Shown here piece after piece: positions 38,563 to 46,756 of a stretch of DNA of 64,000 nt. The notes beneath the pieces are model-generated. The model was not told where the DNA came from. It did no database searches and was given only the letters and a program-made list of their open reading frames with translations. Source of the DNA: Elusimicrobiota bacterium (GTDB taxonomy: Bacteria; Elusimicrobiota; Elusimicrobia; F11); contig JBGAON010000004.1 in assembly GCA_044221725.1 (NCBI GenBank), positions 96,001 through 160,000 on the forward strand, written 5' to 3'. Position 1 is the first letter of the stretch, and each line of letters starts with the position of its first letter. The position numbers were made by a program, and so were the translations under genes.

Positions 38563-39687
38563 ATGCAATTGGACAACGCAATTTTGAAAAACGCCGTGTT
38601 CGCGCTCGACCCGACGAACTTCACGCGCAACATTTGGGGCGGAAGTTGGCTTGAGCGCTTGAAAGGAATTCCGGTGTCGCGCGCTCGAATTGGTGAGTCG
38701 TGGGATTTTAGCGGCCGGAAGGAACGGCCCACGTATGTTCGGTTTCCAAACGGGTCCTCTCTTGCGTTAACAGATCTTGTCCAGAAATATCCGAACGAAA
38801 TTTTGGGGCCGCGCATCGTGTCGCGGTTTGGCCCTGTTGTGCCGATCCTTTTGAAATTTATTGATGCCTGTGACAATCTGTCGGTGCAGGTGCATCCCTC
38901 GAACGATCACGCGCCGTCCGAAGAGTTTGGAAAAGCGGAAGCGTGGTACATCCTCGAAAGCGGAAAAAAAGCGGGCGAAGGATATGTCTACGTGGGTTTT
39001 GATCCGAAGAAAGCCGCCGGCTACGCATCCCGGGAAATGTTTGAATCCGCTTTTTTTGACGCGTTAACGCAGGCGCAAGGATACGGCGCGAGTGACAACG
39101 CAAAAATTCGCGAGAAAGCGGCGCGGCTGGTACTTCCTTTTTTAAACAAAATTCGTGTGAGGGCGGGCGACACCTTTGAGCTGCCGCCGGGCACCGTGCA
39201 CGCTATCGGCCGCGGCGTAAGGTTGTTTGAAATACAGCAGGCGAGCGATCTTACCTACCGGTTGTGGGATTGGAACCGACCGTCCGCGGCAGTGGGCCCA
39301 AATGGAAGCCTGCAATTGCGCGAACTTCATTGGAAGAAGGCCCGCGCGGCCTTAAATTTTTCGGCCGAGGAACCCGAAAACTTTCGGCCAGCCCCTGAAC
39401 GCGTGGAGGCCGCTGGAAAAGGAAAATTTTCCGAAAAACAATTGTTACTCGACCGCGAGAAAAAATTTGCGGCGAATCTTATTTCGCTTTCGACGCGCAC
39501 CGCGGAATACCACCTGAAGCCCAGCGGCGTATTTCAGGTCCTCACCGTTGTGAAGGGGGAAATAAAGGTAGGGGGGCTTGTTACCAAGGCAGGCCACTCC
39601 GTGTTGATTCCAGCCTCCTCGTGTGGCGCCCAAGTCCGGGCCACCCGGGCCCCGGCCTATATAATAAGGAGCTACGTTCCGATCTGA
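38563..39687 (+). CDS. manA: Type I mannose-6-phosphate isomerase
   Basis: IWGG, IGESW, LLKFIDA.DNLSVQVHP, GKAEAW, PGTVHAIG, EIQQASDLTYR..DW.R. Confidence 0.88.
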   Translation: MQLDNAILKNAVFALDPTNFTRNIWGGSWLERLKGIPVSRARIGESWDFSGRKERPTYVRFPNGSSLALTDLVQKYPNEILGPRIVSRFGPVVPILLKFIDACDNLSVQVHPSNDHAPSEEFGKAEAWYILESGKKAGEGYVYVGFDPKKAAGYASREMFESAFFDALTQAQGYGASDNAKIREKAARLVLPFLNKIRVRAGDTFELPPGTVHAIGRGVRLFEIQQASDLTYRLWDWNRPSAAVGPNGSLQLRELHWKKARAALNFSAEEPENFRPAPERVEAAGKGKFSEKQLLLDREKKFAANLISLSTRTAEYHLKPSGVFQVLTVVKGEIKVGGLVTKAGHSVLIPASSCGAQVRATRAPAYIIRSYVPI

Positions 39688-40523
39688 CGCCGCAGCGATT
39701 GGCCTTTTTGTTTCATCTTGTCGAGGTCGGCCGCATCCACATCGTTTGTCACTGTTAAACTTTGAAGCGTATCGAGAATTTCGAGCGCCTTCTTTTTGTC
39801 TCCGGCGGCAGTCGCAAAATATTCCGCCAAATAATAGTGGTTGAACACGTTGGTCGCATCGATGGCGATTGCTTTGTTCAATTCCTCGAGCGCGCGCTTT
39901 TTGTTGCCGCCCGCGAACCCGGGCACTTTGTAATCGACGATGCCCAGAACGCGGTACCCGGCGCCGCCTTGATAACGATCGTTGATGCGGTTCACCTCTT
40001 CCAATTCTTTCCGGATCGGTTTTACGAGCGCCAAACTTTTTAAAACTCCTTTCACTTCACCGTAGCTGCCATACAAGGCGGCCAACCAAAAATGCGCTTC
40101 GGCCGAATTGGGATCGATCGCGATCGCTTGCTGCTCAAGCTTCATTCCTTTCTCGAACATCGGCAACTTGCTCGATTTGTTCGTGTCATGATCGGCCAAC
40201 CAATGACACGCGCGTCCCGCTTTCCATAGCGCAACGACCGAAGTTTTGTCCCCAGCAAACGCTTGTTCGTAAAGCGCCAACGCTTTATCGGCGCCCGCTG
40301 TGGGAGTTCGCGCGGACCACGCCTGATCGGCCTGAGTGATGAGATCGGCGACTACGGCTGATGACGGGACTCCCTCTCCCTTTAGGGGGAGGGTTGGGGA
40401 GAGGGTCGGAGAGAGGGAAAGCACGAGCGAAAGAAGAAAGGATCGGGTGGTTTCCCTCACCCGGCCTTTGGCCGAGCTCTCCCTAAAGGGAGAGGTAATC
40501 CACTTCGGAGCCAAACCATTCAT
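39672..40523 (-). CDS. Exported TPR protein (TatT-like) with palindromic repeats in its N-terminus
   Basis: TPR helices, GGAGYRVLG..DYKVPGFAGGNKKRA; ATG lies 3 nt after the upstream stop; N-terminus contains repeat-derived peptides. Confidence 0.75.
   Translation of the reverse strand: MNGLAPKWITSPFRESSAKGRVRETTRSFLLSLVLSLSPTLSPTLPLKGEGVPSSAVVADLITQADQAWSARTPTAGADKALALYEQAFAGDKTSVVALWKAGRACHWLADHDTNKSSKLPMFEKGMKLEQQAIAIDPNSAEAHFWLAALYGSYGEVKGVLKSLALVKPIRKELEEVNRINDRYQGGAGYRVLGIVDYKVPGFAGGNKKRALEELNKAIAIDATNVFNHYYLAEYFATAAGDKKKALEILDTLQSLTVTNDVDAADLDKMKQKGQSLRRQIGT
40372..40495. repeat. Inverted pair of CCCTCTCCC-type palindromic repeats
   Basis: Perfect 15-bp inverted repeat CCTCTCCCTTTAGGG (40373-40387) / CCCTAAAGGGAGAGG (40481-40495); each arm is itself a hairpin; imperfect 12-bp tandem TTGGGGAGAGGG/TCGGAGAGAGGG. 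Confidence 0.85.
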
Positions 40524-40526
40524 TTC

Positions 40527-42023
40527 TTAACCCACCACAATCGATTCCGACGTTCGAATAACATCGAGAAATTGGAGCGCCGTTTTCGCTCGCATCAGTT
40601 GTTTGAGAAGCGTTTCGTTCTTCGCGAGCGTGGCGACGCGCGCAAGGATGCGCATTTGTTCGAGCGGCGCCGCCGCCGGCGTTAAAATTAAAAACGTGAG
40701 GCGCACCGGGACTTTGTCCGGGCTGTTAAACGGAAGCGGATGTTTGCTTCGACCGATGGCGACCATTGCGTGCTCCAAGCCGATCACGCGGGCATGGGGG
40801 ACCGCGACGCCGCGTCCAATCGCCGTTGAAAGTTGGCTCTCGCGCAGCATAACGGCCGCTTCGACGGCCCGCATGTCGAGTCCAGGATTAACGGTTTTAA
40901 GTCGCAACAAAAGCGACCGAACCACCTCGAGCGTTGAGGTGGCTTTGAAATCCAAATCGATAACATCCGCGGTCAATAAATTCTGGAACGACCAAGCGTT
41001 CGGAGCGTCGAATTCATCGAGGATCTCGCCGAGAATCTCTTCGACCACATCTTCCAGAGTGATAAGCCCCACCAGTTTGTTGTTTTTTGTGACGGTCACG
41101 ATGTGTTTGCCTTGAGACATCATTGTTTTCAAAAGCGGCTGGAGCGACATCGATTCGTCGACGTTTGCGAGCGGCCGTGCCACCTCTCTTAATTCCGGAA
41201 CGCCAGCGCCTTGGAGCGCCAAGTCTTTTACGTGCACAAAACCAGCGAGTTGATCGAGATCGGGGTTTCCGAGCGGATACCGCGAGAAGTGATATTTCAC
41301 AAGCGTCTGCTCATTTTCATCCCACGTTTTTGCGGTGGACAAAAAAACGATTTTGTCCTTGGGCACCATGGCGTCGCGTGCTTTTAGATCTTCGAAATCG
41401 AATAAATTTTCGATCAACAGCAGTCGATCGAGGGGCAGCAAGCCCTTCTCTTGAGACATGCCAAGAAGCACGCGCACCTCTTCTTCGGTAAAAACCTCTT
41501 TGTGTTCCCCCACAGGCCGGAAGCCAATGAGCCGCGCCACGAACTTCGAGCTTTTCGCCATGAACATAATGGGGAAGCGTAGCGCTTTGTAAAACGCCGA
41601 CAGCGGAAGCGCGACCCACAACGCGAGCCGCTCGGCTTGCTGAATGGCCACGTAGCGCGGAACCAGTTCCGCAAACACAATTTGGATGTAGATCACCAAG
41701 CTAAATGAAATAAATGTCGTGAGAGGGTACGAATACGGGCGGAGCAACGCGGGCCACGCCCAGTTGCGATTCACAAATTCCGCAACGGCGGGTTCGCCGG
41801 CCCATCCGAGGGCGAGCGTGGAAATCGTCACGCCGATTTGAATGGCCGATAAATAATTATCGAGGTTGTCCATCATCGATAAAACAATGCTCGCGCGCGT
41901 GCGGCCTTCGCTGCGCATCACCTCGAGGCGCGGTCGATTCGCTTTCACGAGCGAGAATTCGGCGAGAACGAAGAAGATATTGCAGGCCAGAAAGCACAGC
42001 GCGGCTAGGAAATGAAGTGTCAC
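40527..42023 (-). CDS. CNNM/DUF21-CBS (CorB/hemolysin-like) protein fused to a PTS EIIA domain
   Basis: FFVLAEFS, QIGVT, AELVP, HFSRYP, GLITLEDVVEEILGEILDEFD, then RESQLSTAIGRGVAVPHAR. Confidence 0.88.
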   Translation of the reverse strand: MTLHFLAALCFLACNIFFVLAEFSLVKANRPRLEVMRSEGRTRASIVLSMMDNLDNYLSAIQIGVTISTLALGWAGEPAVAEFVNRNWAWPALLRPYSYPLTTFISFSLVIYIQIVFAELVPRYVAIQQAERLALWVALPLSAFYKALRFPIMFMAKSSKFVARLIGFRPVGEHKEVFTEEEVRVLLGMSQEKGLLPLDRLLLIENLFDFEDLKARDAMVPKDKIVFLSTAKTWDENEQTLVKYHFSRYPLGNPDLDQLAGFVHVKDLALQGAGVPELREVARPLANVDESMSLQPLLKTMMSQGKHIVTVTKNNKLVGLITLEDVVEEILGEILDEFDAPNAWSFQNLLTADVIDLDFKATSTLEVVRSLLLRLKTVNPGLDMRAVEAAVMLRESQLSTAIGRGVAVPHARVIGLEHAMVAIGRSKHPLPFNSPDKVPVRLTFLILTPAAAPLEQMRILARVATLAKNETLLKQLMRAKTALQFLDVIRTSESIVVG

Positions 42024-42061
42024 AACAGCAATTTACTGCAGCCCGAGCCCCGGACGCAAGC

Positions 42062-42097
42062 AAAGAAAAACGGCAGCTCCCGTGGGGAGCTGCCGTT
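42062..42097 (-). terminator. Rho-independent terminator after the small peptide gene
   Basis: 13-bp stem AACGGCAGCTCCC/GGGAGCTGCCGTT; the minus strand continues into a T-rich tract. Confidence 0.85.
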
Positions 42098-42118
42098 CGG
42101 ACGGACCTTGGTTATGTT

Positions 42119-42325
42119 TTATTTCGGTTGTTGAGCCGTATTGTTCTCCGCTGATTTGGACTTTTTGTGCTTGTGATGACCTTTGTGCTTTTTTTCGGGT
42201 TTTGAGTCGGACGAGTTCGTTACGGTGCTCCCGGTGCCGGCGCCCGAACTGTTCATGTCATCGGCGCGAACGATATTCGGCAAAACGAAGAGTGCCGTGA
42301 GCAAGAACCATGTTGCTTTGCGCAT
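42119..42325 (-). CDS. Small secreted low-complexity His/Lys-rich peptide
   Basis: RBS AGGAG, signal peptide ending VRA, mature part with KKHKGHHKHKKSK; own terminator. Confidence 0.8.
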   Translation of the reverse strand: MRKATWFLLTALFVLPNIVRADDMNSSGAGTGSTVTNSSDSKPEKKHKGHHKHKKSKSAENNTAQQPK

Positions 42326-42367
42326 AAGATTTCTCCTGGATGAGACGTTTGTACCTTCTGTTCTCTT

Positions 42368-42393
42368 ATACGCGCTGGCGTCTTATCTCTTCG
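42368..42393 (-). promoter_or_regulatory. Putative ECF-sigma promoter, copy 1
   Basis: CGAAGA-GATAAGACGCCAGCG-CGTAT; same motif and spacing as upstream of the ECF gene. Confidence 0.65.
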
Positions 42394-42397
42394 CGCG

Positions 42398-43372
42398 TTA
42401 TTTCATTGGTTGGAAAATCTCTTCCATAAGTTCGCGCGAGACGTCTCCCATCACCGTGTAGTTGCGATTGCGCAATTTTGTTTTCCACACCGAGCCGTTT
42501 TCGCACATCTCATGCGTCTTGTGACGCTCGAACCGCACGGGGGAAGCGGTTTCGAACACCGATAAAACGCTGAGCCCGTCGGTGTAACGGAAATGATCGA
42601 CGGCTTTTCCGTCAACGGTGAAGTAGTCGGCACTCTCGAATTCAAAGCCGTAAGGAAGTATCGACGGCAGCGTGGTTTCTCGCCCGGTGTTCTTGTGCAA
42701 GTCGTCCCGTGACAAAAAGTCGGGCGAGAACTCGTGATCTTCCGCCGCGGGCGCGTTAATCACGAACAAAGCAACATCAAACGATGGGCTCGTGGTGAAT
42801 TTGTTGTATCGTGACAGCACGACGAAATTCCCGTTCGAGCGAAACCGTTTGCTTTCGAGGATCACGCCGGAATCTTTATCAATCCACAATTTCTGAGTTA
42901 ATTTTCCCGAAGAGAGCGGCGTCATTGTGATAACGAACACCGGGCGTCCGGCGATGCGGTCGGTGCCCAAATAGTCCAAACGGTAATTTTTTTGAAGCAG
43001 CGCCCATTCCTTCTGTGGATCCATTTGTTTCGGCAGTTTTTTTGCGGCTTGTCCGATCAATGTTTTCTTTTGCTTCACGAGTTCCACTTGCTCTTTTTCA
43101 CCATCGCTGATCACGACGCGCGCGATGCTGCCATCGGGCTTGAGAAATTCCCGGCGGTATTTGTTCGGAGGAGAGAAACGAACATGCACTTCTTCGGATT
43201 TTGTTCCCGTTCCGTACCAATGCGTGACGGTCATGAATCCCTCGTACGTAACGGTCGGCGTCGCAAGGCCGCGTTGCAGAATGCGTTGCGCGTCTTCGGA
43301 CTCCTGAGCCGCGACGACACCGAATGTTCCGACAACAAATATAAAAGTGGCTAACTTAATCTTCATCTCCAT
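42398..43372 (-). CDS. MucB/RseB-like periplasmic sigma regulator (LolA-like fold)
   Basis: Signal peptide; YEG, YRREF..P, DRIAGRP, LWIDKDSGVIL, RYTDGLSVLSVFE, VMGDVS. Confidence 0.8.
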   Translation of the reverse strand: MEMKIKLATFIFVVGTFGVVAAQESEDAQRILQRGLATPTVTYEGFMTVTHWYGTGTKSEEVHVRFSPPNKYRREFLKPDGSIARVVISDGEKEQVELVKQKKTLIGQAAKKLPKQMDPQKEWALLQKNYRLDYLGTDRIAGRPVFVITMTPLSSGKLTQKLWIDKDSGVILESKRFRSNGNFVVLSRYNKFTTSPSFDVALFVINAPAAEDHEFSPDFLSRDDLHKNTGRETTLPSILPYGFEFESADYFTVDGKAVDHFRYTDGLSVLSVFETASPVRFERHKTHEMCENGSVWKTKLRNRNYTVMGDVSRELMEEIFQPMK

Positions 43373-43751
43373 AATAAACCGCCAACTGTCCGCCGAAATT
43401 GGAACCGGCCATATCCGCTGCGGGCACGAGCGTTTCCGCTTGATAACGCGAGTGAGCGGCCGCCAGCGGTTCCATATCAATGAGTTCCGCTTCAGAAACT
43501 TTCCATCTGGCAATCCACGCGCCAGCGAGCAGGGCTCCGAGCGCGAGCGCTCCCACCGGTTTCCAAAGCACCGGCCAAGCAAACCATCTCTGCCAATGTG
43601 AGTCGGTTGGCGTTGGCGCGAATTTTTCGCGCAGAGCGTGCAGGAGCGCCGGCGGGGCCGAGCGGTACGGCACGCGGCTCAACCGGAGCCGCAAATCCTG
43701 ATGTTCTTCATTTAAGTGACGGAATATATTTTCGTCGATATTTTCATTCAT
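43356..43751 (-). CDS. Putative single-TM anti-sigma factor
   Basis: Overlaps ECF stop; APPAL motif, one TM, short periplasmic tail. Confidence 0.7.
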   Translation of the reverse strand: MNENIDENIFRHLNEEHQDLRLRLSRVPYRSAPPALLHALREKFAPTPTDSHWQRWFAWPVLWKPVGALALGALLAGAWIARWKVSEAELIDMEPLAAAHSRYQAETLVPAADMAGSNFGGQLAVYYGDED

Positions 43752-44316
43752 TTGCGCTCACCAGTTTTTCTCCCTTATCACCGGTCAGCTTTAAGAGAGC
43801 CTTTTTTAAAAGAGTTCGGCCTTGATGGATCCTTGAGCAGACCGTGCCAATCGGACACTCGAGAATTTTTGCAATATCAATGTAGGACAGGCCTTCGATG
43901 TCGAAAAGTGTCACAGCGGTTCGGTAGTGGAGTGGCAACATGTTTAGTCCCTTCTGCAGCCATCTTTCTTCTTCTGACTTCATCAAGTGATCCAATGGCT
44001 CATGATCACTGCCCGGCAAAATCTCGGCCCACGTTGTTTCGCTGTCGTTCGGCGGTGTCGCGTCCAACGAAAGCTTGTGCTTGTGTTCGTAGCGCCGGAC
44101 CGAGTCGAGAAACACGTTGTGCAAGATGCGGTTTAGCCACGCCTCGAACGGTCGATTCGGATCGTACCGGTCACGATGCTCAAACGCGCGCCGAAACGCT
44201 TCTTGCACCAAATCTTGGGCGTCTTGGTCGTTGCCCGTCAGGCGAAAAGCAAAGTTGTAAGCCTTATCGGCGCAACGTTGCAGCAACGTCTCGTAATCAA
44301 CCTGGCGGTCGTCCAT
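43744..44316 (-). CDS. ECF RNA polymerase sigma factor
   Basis: DAQDLVQEAF.RAF, FEAWL.RI..N, EGLSY.DIA.IL.CPIGTV.SR. Confidence 0.95.
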   Translation of the reverse strand: MDDRQVDYETLLQRCADKAYNFAFRLTGNDQDAQDLVQEAFRRAFEHRDRYDPNRPFEAWLNRILHNVFLDSVRRYEHKHKLSLDATPPNDSETTWAEILPGSDHEPLDHLMKSEEERWLQKGLNMLPLHYRTAVTLFDIEGLSYIDIAKILECPIGTVCSRIHQGRTLLKKALLKLTGDKGEKLVSANE

Positions 44317-44332
44317 GGTTCACCAAGAATGG

Positions 44333-44358
44333 ATACGGAGGAGGAGATTAATTCTTCG
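44333..44358 (-). promoter_or_regulatory. Putative autoregulatory ECF promoter, copy 2
   Basis: CGAAGA-ATTAATCTCCTCCTC-CGTAT, 16 nt upstream of the sigma ATG, overlapping the htrA stop. Confidence 0.65.
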
Positions 44359-45313
44359 AACGCAAAGACTCACTGGGAATGATTGAGAATTCGCGCAGTT
44401 CTGCGCTGCGAAGCACACGCACCGTGGCCCCGGTGCCCAGAGCATGGGCGGTGAGCGCTCGGTGGAGAGCATCAACGCTATCGATCGGTTTTGCATTGAA
44501 TTCGACGATCACATCTCCCTGGCGCAAGCCAATCCCAGCGGCGGGGCTGCCCGGTTCAATGTGGATCACAAGAATACCCGATTCGGCAACGAGCGAATGG
44601 TGGCGAACGAGATTCCGTGGCAACGGAACGTTTTGGCCGCCGACGCCCAAATAGCCGCGTCGGATGCGTCCCTCGCGCATCAGCACGCTGGCGATGAACG
44701 CCGCCGTGTGGATGGGAATTGCAAAGCACAATCCCTGGGCTGGCAATATCACGGCGGTGTTCACCCCGATGACTTCGCCGTGCGAATTTACGAGCGGTCC
44801 TCCGGAATTTCCGGGGTTCAGCGCCGCGTCGGTTTGAATAATGTCGTCAATGAGGCGCCCCGAACGTGATCGCATCGACCGGCCGAGCGCGCTCACGACA
44901 CCGGTCGTCACCGTCGTCTGAAAACCGAACGGGTTTCCAATGGCAATCGTTAGCTGACCGGGCCGTAATGTCTTTGAGTTGCCGAACGTCGTTGCTCGAA
45001 ACGCGGGTCCGTGCGCGCGAATGACAGCGGTGTCGGTATCGGGATCGTCACCGACGAGGTCGGCAGAAAATTGGCGGCCATCGGAAAGGCGTATCTCGAT
45101 TTGCTTGGCGCCGTGCACCACGTGACTGTTCGTGATCGCAAATCCATCCGGCGTGAAAAAGAAGCCCGAGCCACTTCCTTTGCCGGGCACCTCGATGTTG
45201 ATGACGGCCGGACTCGTGTTCGCGACCGCTTTGGTGACGGCCTCGGAATACGCGTCCAAGATTGTTTGTTCATGAGAATTGTTGTTCAAATCAAACGCGG
45301 GAATCATCCGCAC
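44348..45313 (-). CDS. HtrA-family (S1C) serine protease with one PDZ domain, no export signal
   Basis: GSGSGF, TNSHVV, DTAV, IQTDAALNPGNSGGPL, PDZ GSPAA..GL..GDVI. Confidence 0.93.
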   Translation of the reverse strand: MRMIPAFDLNNNSHEQTILDAYSEAVTKAVANTSPAVINIEVPGKGSGSGFFFTPDGFAITNSHVVHGAKQIEIRLSDGRQFSADLVGDDPDTDTAVIRAHGPAFRATTFGNSKTLRPGQLTIAIGNPFGFQTTVTTGVVSALGRSMRSRSGRLIDDIIQTDAALNPGNSGGPLVNSHGEVIGVNTAVILPAQGLCFAIPIHTAAFIASVLMREGRIRRGYLGVGGQNVPLPRNLVRHHSLVAESGILVIHIEPGSPAAGIGLRQGDVIVEFNAKPIDSVDALHRALTAHALGTGATVRVLRSAELREFSIIPSESLRSKN

Positions 45314-45373
45314 GCTCCTTTGTTGTTATGATCCGTTCGTACCCTAAAACCCTATCCTCTGCGAGGAGTTCCT

Positions 45374-46756
45374 TTGACGTTTCGTCGAACATTCATAACG
45401 AACGGTGCCTGCGCCGTTTTCTTTGTTGGCACCGCTTTGGCGGCGCCGTCCAGCCCCGCTGCCATGCCGGTTTACCGTGAAAGTTTGAAGCAAGCCGAAG
45501 ATGCGGCGCTCGCGCATTCGCCGCGCGTGCAGGCGGCGCGCGCCGAAGCCGAAGCCGCTCACGCGGGCGCAAAAAGCCAATTCGCGACGCTGTGGCCGCG
45601 CCTGAGCTTTGATGCGTCGTACCGACGTGTGAGCGAGGTGCCGAATTTCGCTCCGGTTCCGAACGGACCCGCCATTCGTTTCGGAGACAACAAAAATTAT
45701 TCGTACGGTCCAGCGGTCAACTGGATGATTGAGTCGGGCGGCACTTATTACCGCTGGCAGAGCGCGTTGGCCTTCTGGCGCGCCAAAGAAAGCGAACTGG
45801 ATTTCGCCGAGCGGCAGCTGACGTTGGAGGTGCGGCTCAACTATTTCCAAGTTCAGCTCGGTATTGAACAAATTCGCAATCTCGTCGAGTCGCTGAAACT
45901 TTCCCAAGCGCAGTACCGGGACATTGCCTTGCGTTACCGTGCCGGCGCGTCGAGCCGCTTGGATTCGCTGTCGGCCCATCAGGAAGTGCTGAACCGTCGA
46001 CGACTGTTGCGGCAAGCGCAGGCTGATCTCGCGAACGCGCTTCAAACTTTGTTCACGGTGACCGGTTCGACGCCGCCCGCCGAATTATCGGTGCCGATCG
46101 AAATGGGCCTTGTGAATTCGGTGCCGCCGGAAACAGACGCGCCCACGCTGGCCGTCGCATTGGATCCGCTTGCCACGAGCGAACAAGCGCTTGGCAGAGC
46201 GGCCAAGCAGAGCTTTGATGAGCATCATCCGCAGCTCGTTGCGTTGTCCGAGCAAATCCTCGCGAGTCAAGCGAGCGTGAGCAGTCTCAAGTCGGGGCAT
46301 TATCCGTTTGTGCAATTGAACGCAAAGATTTCGCGGGATTATCCGAACGGACCCGTGCTCGAATCAATTAATCAGAAAACGGTGGGCGTGTTCGCAAGTC
46401 TGCCGATTTTCGAATTCGGACGCGTGTCACAGAATGTCGCCGAACAAAAAAGCTTGACGCTGGCGACCGAACAACGCCGGGCGCAGACGGTTCAAGATTT
46501 GTGGCGCGATTGGCAGCGGGCGCGCGATCAGTGGCTCGGGCTCAATGCTCAGAAGCCGATTTTTGAGGAATCCCTGGTGGAAACGAAAAAAATTCAGTCG
46601 CTTACCTACGAGTCCTACAAAGCAGGCCAAGTTTCGTTTCTCGAGGTGCAAAACACGAATTTGCGTGTGCTGGAGAGCGAAGTGGCTTCGGCGCGGAACG
46701 ATGTGGAATTGTTAATTCAGCTGGCGATCCTCGACAGCCTGTCGGTGAAGGAGTGA
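45374..46756 (+). CDS. TolC-family outer membrane efflux protein
   Basis: Signal peptide, two OEP repeats (P.LS, RYRAG..SRLD; SLPIFEFG, YKAG..SFLEV). Confidence 0.9.
   Translation: MTFRRTFITNGACAVFFVGTALAAPSSPAAMPVYRESLKQAEDAALAHSPRVQAARAEAEAAHAGAKSQFATLWPRLSFDASYRRVSEVPNFAPVPNGPAIRFGDNKNYSYGPAVNWMIESGGTYYRWQSALAFWRAKESELDFAERQLTLEVRLNYFQVQLGIEQIRNLVESLKLSQAQYRDIALRYRAGASSRLDSLSAHQEVLNRRRLLRQAQADLANALQTLFTVTGSTPPAELSVPIEMGLVNSVPPETDAPTLAVALDPLATSEQALGRAAKQSFDEHHPQLVALSEQILASQASVSSLKSGHYPFVQLNAKISRDYPNGPVLESINQKTVGVFASLPIFEFGRVSQNVAEQKSLTLATEQRRAQTVQDLWRDWQRARDQWLGLNAQKPIFEESLVETKKIQSLTYESYKAGQVSFLEVQNTNLRVLESEVASARNDVELLIQLAILDSLSVKE

Noticed and set aside
45344..46045. 233-aa minus-strand ORF
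   Set aside because: Antisense to the TolC gene with no motifs.
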